From a virus: 64,000 nt of DNA. Below the pieces are notes generated by a model. The model worked only from the letters and a program-made list of their open reading frames with translations. It made no database searches and was not told the DNA's origin. The DNA lies in the IMG/VR virus record IMGVR_UViG_3300013111_000325, positions 1 through 64,000 of that record. One strand, 5' to 3'. The translations under genes and the position numbers were made by a program. The number at the start of each line of letters is the position of its first letter. Positions within the stretch are counted from its first letter, which is position 1. Shown in pieces: positions 28,437-37,664 of the stretch.

Positions 28437-28859
28437 ATGTTTAAGCAATCAATACTTGCTATGGCTTTGGTGATAGGTATTGGTTATGGATGCACTCAAA
28501 AACCTGAAGAAATCAAACCTGCAGATAATGCTACGGTTTCTTTACCTCAAAAACAATTTGGTTGGCCGGAAGAACGAAAGCAATACTGGGTATCAGTATA
28601 TTTTTCAAAGATGTCTTGGGATCCAAACATTAGAGCAAGAATGTTACCGGAGACCCTTTTTAAGGTTGTTGTATGTATCGTAGAAACTATGGAGCAAAGA
28701 TATGATATTGAAACTTGGGAAAAATCTATAACCCTAGAAAATGCCGCCCAACACTATAAACAAGAGTTGTGGCAAGTATCTTATAATTGTTCAGTACAAG
28801 GTTTTCAAGAACAACAAAAAAGATTAATGGAACAACCAACTCTACAAAATATGATGTAA
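28437..28859 (+). CDS. Putative lipoprotein
   Basis: Signal peptide ending in a lipobox-like IGYGC. Confidence 0.6.
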   Translation: MFKQSILAMALVIGIGYGCTQKPEEIKPADNATVSLPQKQFGWPEERKQYWVSVYFSKMSWDPNIRARMLPETLFKVVVCIVETMEQRYDIETWEKSITLENAAQHYKQELWQVSYNCSVQGFQEQQKRLMEQPTLQNMM

Positions 28860-28860
28860 A

Positions 28861-29613
28861 ATGAATTTTCATGAATTGATTGATGAGGCAGAGAAATCTT
28901 ATCAAACGAATAAAGATTTCTCTGCCTTTAGAGATGATGATTTTTATTGGTTCATAAGAGAAGGTGGTGATTTAGATTTTGTGAATCTTAAATATGCTTT
29001 TGATCATGATTCTAGATTTTTTTCTCAATTAATATCTGTAAAAAAATCTTTATTTGGATACTCAAACAAACAAGATTATCGTCTTATTGATAGAGATGAT
29101 AGTAGAGATATATTAAATTCAACATTCATTTTTTCAGATAATAAATCACATAAAAATATAGTAGAGATAGGTTCTGCATGGGGAAATGTTTATTGATTGG
29201 TGCATGATCTTGTAGAACATGAGAAATGGATTTCAATTGATTTACCTTGTGTTTTAGATTTACAAAAATGGTATTTAAGTAATGAAATTTCTGATATAGA
29301 TAAACTTGACTTTCAATCTGCACATAATTATAATGTGCCTGACAATATAGATTTAGTGATTGCAACCCATAGTTTAAGTCAGGTAACAGATGAGAGTTTT
29401 GATTTATATTATAATAAAATATTATCAAAAGCAAAATACATTTTCTATGCTACAAATCCTTGGTACATGGGTACTATGCCTCATACATTTTTAGCAGAAG
29501 CAATTTTGACAGACAGAGAGAAACAAATTGAAAAACAATTTGATGTAATCAAAAATTATGATATCGAAAGAATAACGACAAAAATGTATAGGAATAAAAA
29601 TGACGCCATTTGA
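28861..29613 (+). pseudogene. Putative sugar O-methyltransferase interrupted by an in-frame TGA (29194-29196)
   Basis: ORFs 28861-29196 and 29197-29613 are contiguous in one frame: IVEIGSAWGNVY*LVHD...SIDLP...DLVIATHSLSQ. Confidence 0.75.
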
Positions 29614-29995
29614 TTTTCTGAATGAAATAAATCAAGGTAAAAAAGACCTGATGGTTGATGATATTGATCAGCAGGTTGAAAAACAATATAATCCTTTCAT
29701 TATTAATCGTGGTCTATCGTATTTTCTTGACACTATTATGGATGCAAATGAGATGAATATTCGGCATCACCTTGACAAGAAACTACAAAACGCCTACTTA
29801 CTAAATATCATAAGGAAGAAGAAACGATTCTCTAAATGGTACAAAGCAGAAAAATCTGAATTATTAGAAATCGTTATGGAATTTTATGGTTATAGTATTA
29901 AACGAGCAAAAGAAGTTTTACCCTTATTGACAACCGAAGATATAGAACAGATGAAGATAGTTTTAGATAAGGGCGGAATGAAAGGAGTGAAATGA
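29600..29995 (+). CDS. gp62: Clamp loader small subunit gp62
   Basis: YNPFIINRGLSYF, RKKKRFSKW and YGYS motifs. Confidence 0.93.
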   Translation: MTPFDFLNEINQGKKDLMVDDIDQQVEKQYNPFIINRGLSYFLDTIMDANEMNIRHHLDKKLQNAYLLNIIRKKKRFSKWYKAEKSELLEIVMEFYGYSIKRAKEVLPLLTTEDIEQMKIVLDKGGMKGVK

Positions 29996-30390
29996 CTTAT
30001 GGTGTTGACCAAATGATAGAGGTCACTATAAAGGAATCGGATGACTTCCTTAAAATCAAAGAAACACTAACACGTATTGGTGTCGCATCACGCAAAGACA
30101 AGACATTATATCAGTCTTGTCATATTCTACACAAACAACAGAAATATTATATTGTGCATTTCAAGGAATTGTTTGCACTAGATGGTAAGCCTACAAATTT
30201 TTCAGAGAATGATATTGCAAGAAGAAATACAATCACAAATCTTTTAGCAGAATGGGAATTGCTTACAATAGTTGAACCAGAAAAAACAAAAGATCCTGTT
30301 GTATCTCTCAATCAATTAAAAATACTTTCATTTTCAGAGAAAGAAGAGTGGATACTTACTCCCAAATATAACATTGGTAAAAAAACATAA
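29992..30390 (+). CDS. regA: Translational repressor RegA
   Basis: DDFLKIKETLTRIG and QSCHILHKQQKYYIVHFKELFALDG motifs. Confidence 0.97.
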   Translation: MTYGVDQMIEVTIKESDDFLKIKETLTRIGVASRKDKTLYQSCHILHKQQKYYIVHFKELFALDGKPTNFSENDIARRNTITNLLAEWELLTIVEPEKTKDPVVSLNQLKILSFSEKEEWILTPKYNIGKKT

Positions 30391-30911
30391 TGAGCATTGT
30401 AAAAATTCAACAGAAACTAGGAGTATTCTGTTTACATGATGATATTGAGATCCCATCATTGGCAACAGAAAAATCTGCATGTTTTGACCTTAAAGCATAT
30501 CTTAAAAAAGATGCAAAACTTTTAGCATTCAATCAATATAATCACAAAAAAGAAGTTACACTCAAAGGTGATCATCTTGAAATGATACCTAAATGGAGAT
30601 ATTTAATATCTACAGGATTGATATTTGATATTCCTCCAGGATATTATATAAAAGTACATCCACGATCTGGTAATGCCTTAAAAAAGGGATTGGTCACTGC
30701 AAATAATACAGGTATTATAGATGAAGATTATGTAGAAGAATGTAATTGTATAATGATTAATTTATCAGATGATCCTTATATAATAGAACATGGTGATAGA
30801 ATAGCACAAGCAGAACTTAGACAAACCGAATCATATGTGATAGGTCGTATTAATAATAGACCTTTACAAAAGACTGAAAGAGATGGTGGATTTGGATCCA
30901 CAGGAACTTGA
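30390..30911 (+). CDS. dut: Trimeric dUTPase
   Basis: ACFDL, PRSG, GIIDEDY, DRIAQ and RDGGFGSTG motifs. Confidence 0.93.
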   Translation: MSIVKIQQKLGVFCLHDDIEIPSLATEKSACFDLKAYLKKDAKLLAFNQYNHKKEVTLKGDHLEMIPKWRYLISTGLIFDIPPGYYIKVHPRSGNALKKGLVTANNTGIIDEDYVEECNCIMINLSDDPYIIEHGDRIAQAELRQTESYVIGRINNRPLQKTERDGGFGSTGT

Positions 30912-30947
30912 CAAATCCGAAATTTGTGTTATAATTTATTATAAATA
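30908..30947 (+). promoter_or_regulatory. Tandem sigma70 promoter and late promoter for hsp20
   Basis: TTGACA-16-TATAAT (30908-30935) followed by TATAAATA (30940-30947). Confidence 0.8.
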
Positions 30948-30961
30948 GAATTATAGTTGTT

Positions 30962-31067
30962 ATGAGATGTGCCAATATTGGACATCTCTTATCGTGGCAT
31001 ATTGCCACACGGAGTTAGCCTATGCGTAACTCCAAAATTAATCTCGCTAATATAGGAGATAATTATG
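30962..31067 (+). ncRNA. ROSE-like RNA thermometer in the hsp20 5' UTR
   Basis: Four consecutive hairpins; the last pairs ATCTC-G-CT with AG-GAGAT, giving the UCGCU motif with a bulged G opposite the SD. Confidence 0.75.
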
Positions 31068-31547
31068 TTGAATCGAGAAATGGCTATAACATTCCCCAAT
31101 AACATCCGAGATTTTGAAAGAGCATTCCAGACAAGTGTTGGATTAGACTCTTTATTCTCCCGTCTATTTGATGTTGATCCTGGTACTACAAGTTCAGGAT
31201 ACCCTCCATATAACATCAAAAAAACTGGTGAGTATGCATATCAAATTGAGATGGCACTCGCTGGATTCTCTAAAGACGAATTACAGGTAGAAGTGGCGGA
31301 CGGCACACTTTCAATTAAGACCGTTCCCTCTGAAAAAGAGGAAGGAAATGACTTCCTTCATCGTGGAATTGCCAAGAGGCAATTTTCTCGCAGATTTACC
31401 CTATCCGACGATGTGGTCGTGAAGGGTGCAGACCTGTATAACGGGCTTCTTACTATTGACTTGGAAAGAGTAATTCCTGAGGAAAAGAAACCTCGTGAAA
31501 TTCCAATCAATGATGGAGTGAAAGTTGTAGATCATAAAGTAGTATAA
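31065..31547 (+). CDS. hsp20: Small heat shock protein (Hsp20/IbpA-like)
   Basis: YPPYNI, EMALAGF, LHRGIAKRQF, NGLLTIDL and IPEEKKPREIPI motifs. Confidence 0.96.
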   Translation: MLNREMAITFPNNIRDFERAFQTSVGLDSLFSRLFDVDPGTTSSGYPPYNIKKTGEYAYQIEMALAGFSKDELQVEVADGTLSIKTVPSEKEEGNDFLHRGIAKRQFSRRFTLSDDVVVKGADLYNGLLTIDLERVIPEEKKPREIPINDGVKVVDHKVV

Positions 31548-31552
31548 CTTTT

Positions 31553-31578
31553 GGGGCGGTCTTCGGACCGCCTTTTTT
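31553..31578 (+). terminator. Terminator with a cUUCGg tetraloop
   Basis: GGCGGTC-TTCG-GACCGCC followed by T6. Confidence 0.92.
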
Positions 31579-31600
31579 AGGAGTATATTTGAAAAATTTT

Positions 31601-31620
31601 AACACACACAAACACACACA
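31601..31620 (+). repeat. (AACACACACA)x2 immediately before an RBS
   Basis: Read directly from the sequence. Confidence 0.9.
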
Positions 31621-31632
31621 TAAGGAGAAATT

Positions 31633-31863
31633 ATGTCTAGTAATCCATTTGAACTACGTTTTAAACTCTTAGAAATGGCGCAAAATTATCTCAATGATAA
31701 TTATGCTAGATCCGAAAATATGATGTATCAACTATGGGATGAAGCAAAGGCTCATGGTGATGCAAACATGAAATTATGGAAAGAACTTCAACCCGAATCA
31801 TATACCATTGATGATATTAAGAAGAAAGCATCTGAATTGTATGAATTCGTAGAGAAGAAATAA
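31633..31863 (+). CDS. Small conserved phage protein
   Basis: NPFELRFKLLEMA...IKKKASELYEFV; TAAGGAG RBS. Confidence 0.75.
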   Translation: MSSNPFELRFKLLEMAQNYLNDNYARSENMMYQLWDEAKAHGDANMKLWKELQPESYTIDDIKKKASELYEFVEKK

Positions 31864-31876
31864 TTTTTCAAAAATT

Positions 31877-31910
31877 GGGAAGGAAATACTTATACATTTC
31901 CTTCCTTTTT
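31877..31910 (+). terminator. Rho-independent terminator
   Basis: GGAAGGAAAT...ATTTCCTTCC followed by T5. Confidence 0.8.
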
Positions 31911-31933
31911 GTTAACAAAAAAAAGTAGAAAAT

Positions 31934-32500
31934 ATGTTATCGTTTAATACATACATTACAGAGTCTAGTCTTTCCAGAATTATGACCCATGTAGAGAAAA
32001 CAGAAAATTTTGGTGTAATGTCACCTTTTAGAAAAGAATTTTCTAATAAAGAAAATCTTGAGCGTTATAAAGAACTCAAAAAAATAGTCAGAGATAATGG
32101 TTATGGTTTTATTGAAATGAAAGGCGGTTATCAAGAAGAAGATGGATTTGTTAATGAAAAATCTTTATTTATTCCTAATATTAGACAAAAAGAAATGATA
32201 GAGTTGGGTAAGAAATATGACCAACATTCAGTAATTATAAAGGATAGACAAACCTTTGCAATGATAGGTACAAATAAAAGTGCAGGAATTGGTAAAGTAT
32301 TAGATAAATTTGATGTGAAAGGAAGAAATATTACCATAGATGATGTTGGGAATAAATTTAAAGATTTCTTTTCTCGTCTACTGAAGGGTTCTCATAGAGG
32401 AAAAAAATTCTTATTTAAAATGCAAGAAAAAAATGAAACAAGTATGTATTATTATAAAAAACATGGGCCCCAATGGGTTACCATTTTAGAAGAGGATTAA
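31934..32500 (+). CDS. Putative SAM lyase (T3 gp0.3 SAMase-like) with a capsid-targeting leader
   Basis: SPFR...N..R...GGYQE...EKS...YDQHSV parallels T3 SAMase SAFR...N..R...GCYRE...EKT...WEQDCV (recalled, not aligned by tool); leader MLSFNTYITE. Confidence 0.6.
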   Translation: MLSFNTYITESSLSRIMTHVEKTENFGVMSPFRKEFSNKENLERYKELKKIVRDNGYGFIEMKGGYQEEDGFVNEKSLFIPNIRQKEMIELGKKYDQHSVIIKDRQTFAMIGTNKSAGIGKVLDKFDVKGRNITIDDVGNKFKDFFSRLLKGSHRGKKFLFKMQEKNETSMYYYKKHGPQWVTILEED

Positions 32501-32965
32501 ATGAAACTGACAAAGAATTTTTCGTTAAAAGAAATGACATTTTCAGATACCGCTATTCGTAGAAACATACCTAATGAACCTACGATGGAAGAAGTTGTCA
32601 ATTTAACAAATCTTTGTTGCTATATTCTTCAACCTGTCAGAGAGCATTTCGGTAAAGCAGTCCGTATTAACTCTGGTTTCAGGTCAGTTAAATTATGTGA
32701 AGCAGTGGGAAGTTCAAGTAAATCACAACATGCAAAAGGCCAAGCCGCCGATTTTGAGATCAATGGACTATCAAATAAAGAATTAGCGACATGGATTTAT
32801 AAAAACTGTGATTTTGACCAGATTATACTAGAATTTCACGATCCAGAGGGCGATCCAAATAGTGGATGGGTCCATTGTTCGTACAGAAATGATGGGTCTA
32901 ATCGCCATAATGGATTAATTATAAACGCAAAAACTAAAGGCAAGTATTTGCCATGGAAACCGTAA
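32501..32965 (+). CDS. Peptidase M15A (endolysin-like)
   Basis: INSGFR, SQHAKGQAAD and WVHCSY motifs. Confidence 0.88.
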   Translation: MKLTKNFSLKEMTFSDTAIRRNIPNEPTMEEVVNLTNLCCYILQPVREHFGKAVRINSGFRSVKLCEAVGSSSKSQHAKGQAADFEINGLSNKELATWIYKNCDFDQIILEFHDPEGDPNSGWVHCSYRNDGSNRHNGLIINAKTKGKYLPWKP

Positions 32966-33123
32966 AAGCATTATTTTGGAAAATATATTTACAGGTTTTA
33001 TTTTTAATAGGTGCATTTCAATCTAAGAAAACTTGGATTGACAAGCACATTCTTTTGTGCTATGATAAACTTGATCAAATTGGGAGTCCCTATCAATATA
33101 GATATACCAGATTTAATGCATGA
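32953..33123 (+). CDS. Small hydrophobic protein (56 aa, not in the ORF track) containing the gp43 promoter
   Basis: METVKALFWKIYLQVLFLIGAF...; ATGA overlap with gp43; embedded TTGACA-17-TATGAT at 33038-33066. Confidence 0.45.
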   Translation: METVKALFWKIYLQVLFLIGAFQSKKTWIDKHILLCYDKLDQIGSPYQYRYTRFNA

Positions 33124-35639
33124 GTTTTTATACTAACGTCCAAAATGTAAAAGGTCAAATCTTCTATCGTGGAATAGATGATAAAGGCCGACACTTCAAG
33201 CAAAAAGTAGACTACAACCCTTCCCTATACATCCCTTCAGCAAAAGAATCTAAATGGAAAACCCTTGAGGGTGAGAACGTATCCGAAGTTCCATGCGGTT
33301 CTATAAACGATGCAAAAGATTTTATTCGTAAATATGAAGGTGTAGATAACTTCAAGATTTATGGTAATACAAACTTTCATTATTGTTTTATTGCTGATAA
33401 CTTTCCTGATACAATATATTATGATATCAATCAAATCAGTATTGCAAACATTGACATAGAGACTGGTTCAGAGAATGGTTTTCCTGATCCACAGATAGCA
33501 TCAGAAGAAGTCATATCAATTACTGTAAAAGTCAAAGGTAAATTTTATTCATTTGGTTGTGGTGAATATACACCAAGTGATGAGAATGTGACATATGTAC
33601 GATGTTCTAATGAAATTCACATGTTGCAAGAGTTTCTTTCGTTCTGGGAAAAACTTGATGTTGATATTGTGACTGGATGGAACGTAAAGTTTTTTGATAT
33701 ACCGTTTCTTGTCAATCGTATGAATAGGTTGTTTGATAAGCCTGAATATCAAAGATTGTCACCTTGGAAGTTTGTGAGTGAGAGAACAGTTAATCAAATG
33801 GGTTTCGGTGGTACACGAGAGCAACAAGCATTTGAATTGGTCGGTGCCGCCACGCTTGATTATCTTGATCTATATCGTAAATTTACATACACACAACAAG
33901 AAAATTACAGACTTGATCATATCGCACACGTAGAACTTGGTGAGCGTAAATTAGATTATTCAGAGTTTGACAATCTGCATCAGTTATATAAACAAGACTT
34001 TCAGAAATTCATGGACTACAACGTGAAAGACGTTGACCTTGTAGATAAACTTGAAGACAAATTGAAATTGATTGAGACCGCAGTTGTTCTTGCATATGAT
34101 GCAAAAGTAAATTACACAGATGTCTTCACACAAGTAAGAATGTGGGACACTTTGATATATAATGAATTGCGTGGCAAAGGTATCGTACTTCCACCAAAGA
34201 AAAATACTTTCAAGGAAAATCCATACGAAGGTGCCTATGTGAAAGAACCAGAACCTGGTGCATACAACTGGGTTGTATCGTTTGACTTGAACAGTTTATA
34301 CCCTCATTTGATTATGCAGTATAATGTATCACCTGAAACTATGGTTCTTGATTATCCGCCTCAGGCGGTAACAGTTGATAAATTGCTTGATGGTGAAATA
34401 GATACTTCTTATTGTCAGAGACAGAATTTGAGCATGGCCGCAAATGGTTATCATTTTCGCAGAGACATACAAGGATTTCTACCTGCTATGATGGAGCGTA
34501 TGTACAATGAGAGATCCAAGTTTAAGAAGCAAATGCTTGAAACACAACAACTATACGAAAATGAAAAAAATCCATCCGAGCGAGTGAAACTATCAAAAGA
34601 AGTTGCAAGACTTGACAACATGCAGATGGCAAGAAAAATTCAACTGAATTCTGCTTATGGTGCTTTGGGTAATCAGTATTTTCGTTTCTTTGATGTGAGA
34701 TGTGCAGAAGCAATTACGACTGGTGGTCAGTTATCCACCAAATGGGTTGAGCGAGATGTAAATGAATATCTAAACAAAATACTCAAAACAGAAGATAAGG
34801 ATTATGTCATTGCATCCGATACAGACTCCATCTATGTTAATCTTGAAGACCTTGTGAAAAGTGTATTTGATGATACGAGTGACAAGACAAAGGTGATTGA
34901 TTTTCTTGACAAGGTGTGTGATGGCAAAGTACAAGAATGTATTGACAGATCGTTCAATGGGTTACGTGAATACATGAATGCATATCAGCAGAAGATGTTC
35001 ATGAAACGTGAGGTTCTTGCTGACAGAGCAATCTGGACTGGTAAGAAACATTATATCATTAATGTACATGACAGTGAAGGTGTGCGATTTGAGAAACCTA
35101 AAATCAAAGTCAAGGGACTTGAATCGGTTAAATCTTCAACACCTGCTATTGTGAGACAAAAACTTGCTGATGCATACAAAATTTTGATGAATGATACGGA
35201 AGATGATATGATTGCATTCGTTGAAAGTTTTAGAAATCAATTTGAGTCACTACCACCTGAAGATGTTGCGTTTCCTCGTTCTGTTAAAGGTATTGCAAAA
35301 TATAGTGATGCAACAATGTTGTACAAAAAAGGAACACCAATACATGTAAAAGGCACGATTATACATAATAAATTATTAAAAGAACATAAACTTACGAGAA
35401 AATATCAGATTATCCAAGAGGGTGAAAAGATAAAATTTTCGTATCTTAAAACACCAAATCCAGTAGGTGATACAGTTGTGAGTATGGGTAACACATTGCC
35501 TGCAGAATTTGGATTACATGAATTTATTGACTACGATACGCAATTTGAGAAAACATTTCTTGATCCGTTGAAAGATATATTGAATTGTGTAGGTTGGGAA
35601 TATGAAAAGAGATATACAATTGATAATTTTTTTGTTTAA
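33120..35639 (+). CDS. gp43: Family B DNA polymerase gp43
   Basis: DIET exonuclease motif; SFDLNSLYP, KIQLNSAYGALGN and SDTDS motifs. Confidence 0.99.
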   Translation: MSFYTNVQNVKGQIFYRGIDDKGRHFKQKVDYNPSLYIPSAKESKWKTLEGENVSEVPCGSINDAKDFIRKYEGVDNFKIYGNTNFHYCFIADNFPDTIYYDINQISIANIDIETGSENGFPDPQIASEEVISITVKVKGKFYSFGCGEYTPSDENVTYVRCSNEIHMLQEFLSFWEKLDVDIVTGWNVKFFDIPFLVNRMNRLFDKPEYQRLSPWKFVSERTVNQMGFGGTREQQAFELVGAATLDYLDLYRKFTYTQQENYRLDHIAHVELGERKLDYSEFDNLHQLYKQDFQKFMDYNVKDVDLVDKLEDKLKLIETAVVLAYDAKVNYTDVFTQVRMWDTLIYNELRGKGIVLPPKKNTFKENPYEGAYVKEPEPGAYNWVVSFDLNSLYPHLIMQYNVSPETMVLDYPPQAVTVDKLLDGEIDTSYCQRQNLSMAANGYHFRRDIQGFLPAMMERMYNERSKFKKQMLETQQLYENEKNPSERVKLSKEVARLDNMQMARKIQLNSAYGALGNQYFRFFDVRCAEAITTGGQLSTKWVERDVNEYLNKILKTEDKDYVIASDTDSIYVNLEDLVKSVFDDTSDKTKVIDFLDKVCDGKVQECIDRSFNGLREYMNAYQQKMFMKREVLADRAIWTGKKHYIINVHDSEGVRFEKPKIKVKGLESVKSSTPAIVRQKLADAYKILMNDTEDDMIAFVESFRNQFESLPPEDVAFPRSVKGIAKYSDATMLYKKGTPIHVKGTIIHNKLLKEHKLTRKYQIIQEGEKIKFSYLKTPNPVGDTVVSMGNTLPAEFGLHEFIDYDTQFEKTFLDPLKDILNCVGWEYEKRYTIDNFFV

Positions 35640-35648
35640 GGAGTTGTA

Positions 35649-36692
35649 ATGAGTTTTTTGACAGACATGATTAAGGAGACAGGAAATGAATATGCTGGAT
35701 TGGTTTCTGATGGTGTTGAAGCAGGTGATGTTGAATCCTTTATTGATTCCGGTAGTTATGCTCTCAATGCTTTACTATCGGGAAGTATCTATGGTGGGCT
35801 TGCTGGGAACAAGATTACCGCCTTTGCTGGAGAATCGGCTACAGGAAAAACATTTTTTGTACTCGGTATTGTCAAACAATTTTTGTCAGATAATCCTGAC
35901 GGTGGTGTTCTTTACTTTGAGTCTGAATCTGCAATAACGAAAGATATGATTGAGAGGAGAGGTATAGATTCTTCTCGCATGGTTATGTTGCCAGTTGCAT
36001 CAATACAGGAGTTTGCACACCAATCAACAAAGATATTAGATAAATATCTTGCTGATCAAGAACGTAAGCCTATGATGATTTGTCTTGATAGTCTTGGTAT
36101 GCTATCTACATCAAAAGAATTGACTGACATTGCTGATGGTAAAGAGACAAAAGACATGACACGAGCCGCCCTTGTAAAAGGTGCATTTAGAGTATTAACA
36201 CTCAAAGCAGGTAAAGCAAAAGTTCCTATGCTTGTGACAAATCATACATATTCACAAGTAGGTGTAATGTTTCCTCAACAAGTGATGGGTGGTGGTACAG
36301 GGTTGTATTATGCCTCAAGCAATATTGTGTTTCTCTCAAAGAGAAAAGAAAAAGAAGGAACAGAAGTTATTGGTAATGTGATACATTGTAAGAATCACAA
36401 GTCTAGATTGACAGTGGAAAATAAAATGATAGATGCTCTTGTCACATATGACAAAGGTTTAGATAGATGGTATGGTATGCTTGAACTTGCAGAAGAAGCA
36501 GGTATTTTTACTAAAGTCTCTACTCGTTTTGAGTTACCAGACGGATCAAAAATGTTTGGTAAACAAATTATGCAACAACCTGAAAAATATTTTACAGAAG
36601 ATGTCATGAAAAAAATTGATGAATTTTGTAAAGAAAAATTTTTATATGGAACGACAAGTGAAACAGTAGAAGAGAATGATGAAACCGTTTGA
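35649..36692 (+). CDS. uvsX: RecA-like recombinase UvsX
   Basis: [15 protein letters not shown] and MGGGTG motifs. Confidence 0.95.
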   Translation: MSFLTDMIKETGNEYAGLVSDGVEAGDVESFIDSGSYALNALLSGSIYGGLAGNKITAFAGESATGKTFFVLGIVKQFLSDNPDGGVLYFESESAITKDMIERRGIDSSRMVMLPVASIQEFAHQSTKILDKYLADQERKPMMICLDSLGMLSTSKELTDIADGKETKDMTRAALVKGAFRVLTLKAGKAKVPMLVTNHTYSQVGVMFPQQVMGGGTGLYYASSNIVFLSKRKEKEGTEVIGNVIHCKNHKSRLTVENKMIDALVTYDKGLDRWYGMLELAEEAGIFTKVSTRFELPDGSKMFGKQIMQQPEKYFTEDVMKKIDEFCKEKFLYGTTSETVEENDETV

Positions 36693-37320
36693 AATAAATT
36701 ATGAAAAAATTAATTCTCATTATCACATTCAAAAAACAAAAGTTGAAGTATTTCGAGAAAATATTTTTGAAACTTATTATGGTAATACTGAATGGAAATT
36801 AGATTGTTTGATAGATAGAGCATTACAGGTCAAAACTGACAATATTGATGGTGATGTAGCAGAGGTTGGTGTTGCAAGAGGTGGCAGTGCTAAATTATTA
36901 GCAAGTATTTTTCAAGATAAAAAAATACATTTATATGATACATTTCAAGGTTTACCTCATGAAGATATTTTTAGTGGTAAAGTAATTGGTGATTTTTCCG
37001 AGCCTGAGTCAATTGCAAGAGAAACTTTATCTAAATTTGATAACGTTGAAATAAATGTAGGTGTTTTTCCAGATACAATAAATTTAGAAAATACAAATTA
37101 TTATTCGTTTGTTCATTTGGATGCTGATACATATAAAAGCACAATGGATGGATTAATTTATTTTTATCCTAGAATGAATAAAGGCGGAATAATTTTAATA
37201 GATGATTATATGTTTGAAGAATTACCTGGTGTTACTCTAGCAGTTTTAGAATTTACTAGGGTACATAATATAAAATATTTAATACCTGAAAGATGGATGT
37301 GTCTGATTCAAAAAATTTAA
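36676..37320 (+). CDS. TylF/MycF-family sugar O-methyltransferase
   Basis: [32 protein letters not shown] and GGIILIDDY motifs. Confidence 0.88.
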   Translation: MMKPFEINYEKINSHYHIQKTKVEVFRENIFETYYGNTEWKLDCLIDRALQVKTDNIDGDVAEVGVARGGSAKLLASIFQDKKIHLYDTFQGLPHEDIFSGKVIGDFSEPESIARETLSKFDNVEINVGVFPDTINLENTNYYSFVHLDADTYKSTMDGLIYFYPRMNKGGIILIDDYMFEELPGVTLAVLEFTRVHNIKYLIPERWMCLIQKI

Positions 37321-37664
37321 AAGAATGGTACGAAATAGTGCCGAATCCACAGAATGATAATGATGAGCAACAAGCCTTCCGTATAACGAAAGGTAAGTTT
37401 CAAGATGTAATATACAAGTATAATAGATTTGGTGTTAACGAAGAACCAAACGATGATGGTACGTTGACATATAAATTTGAATATGATATACTTGAGATAC
37501 CAGAAGAAATTGTCAATAAAAACTATGCTGATGAAGAAGGTATAGAATTTGAGCAACTTATTGGCGATATTCTTATTGAAGTCATACAAGAAAACATCGA
37601 AGTAAACGAAAGCGAGGATGGAAAGACTAGAAGATACGATTTTAAGGAACCTCTTATACAATGA
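37293..37664 (+). CDS. Hypothetical protein at the T4 gp40 position
   Basis: Synteny between uvsX and gp41. Confidence 0.55.
   Translation: MDVSDSKNLKEWYEIVPNPQNDNDEQQAFRITKGKFQDVIYKYNRFGVNEEPNDDGTLTYKFEYDILEIPEEIVNKNYADEEGIEFEQLIGDILIEVIQENIEVNESEDGKTRRYDFKEPLIQ

Noticed and set aside
29194-29222. Selenocysteine or genome-wide stop-codon reassignment at the in-frame TGA
   Set aside because: TGA ends many conserved genes correctly (uvsY, uvsW, gp46); the site seems to correspond to Arg rather than Cys; the downstream CATG/CATG hairpin is weak
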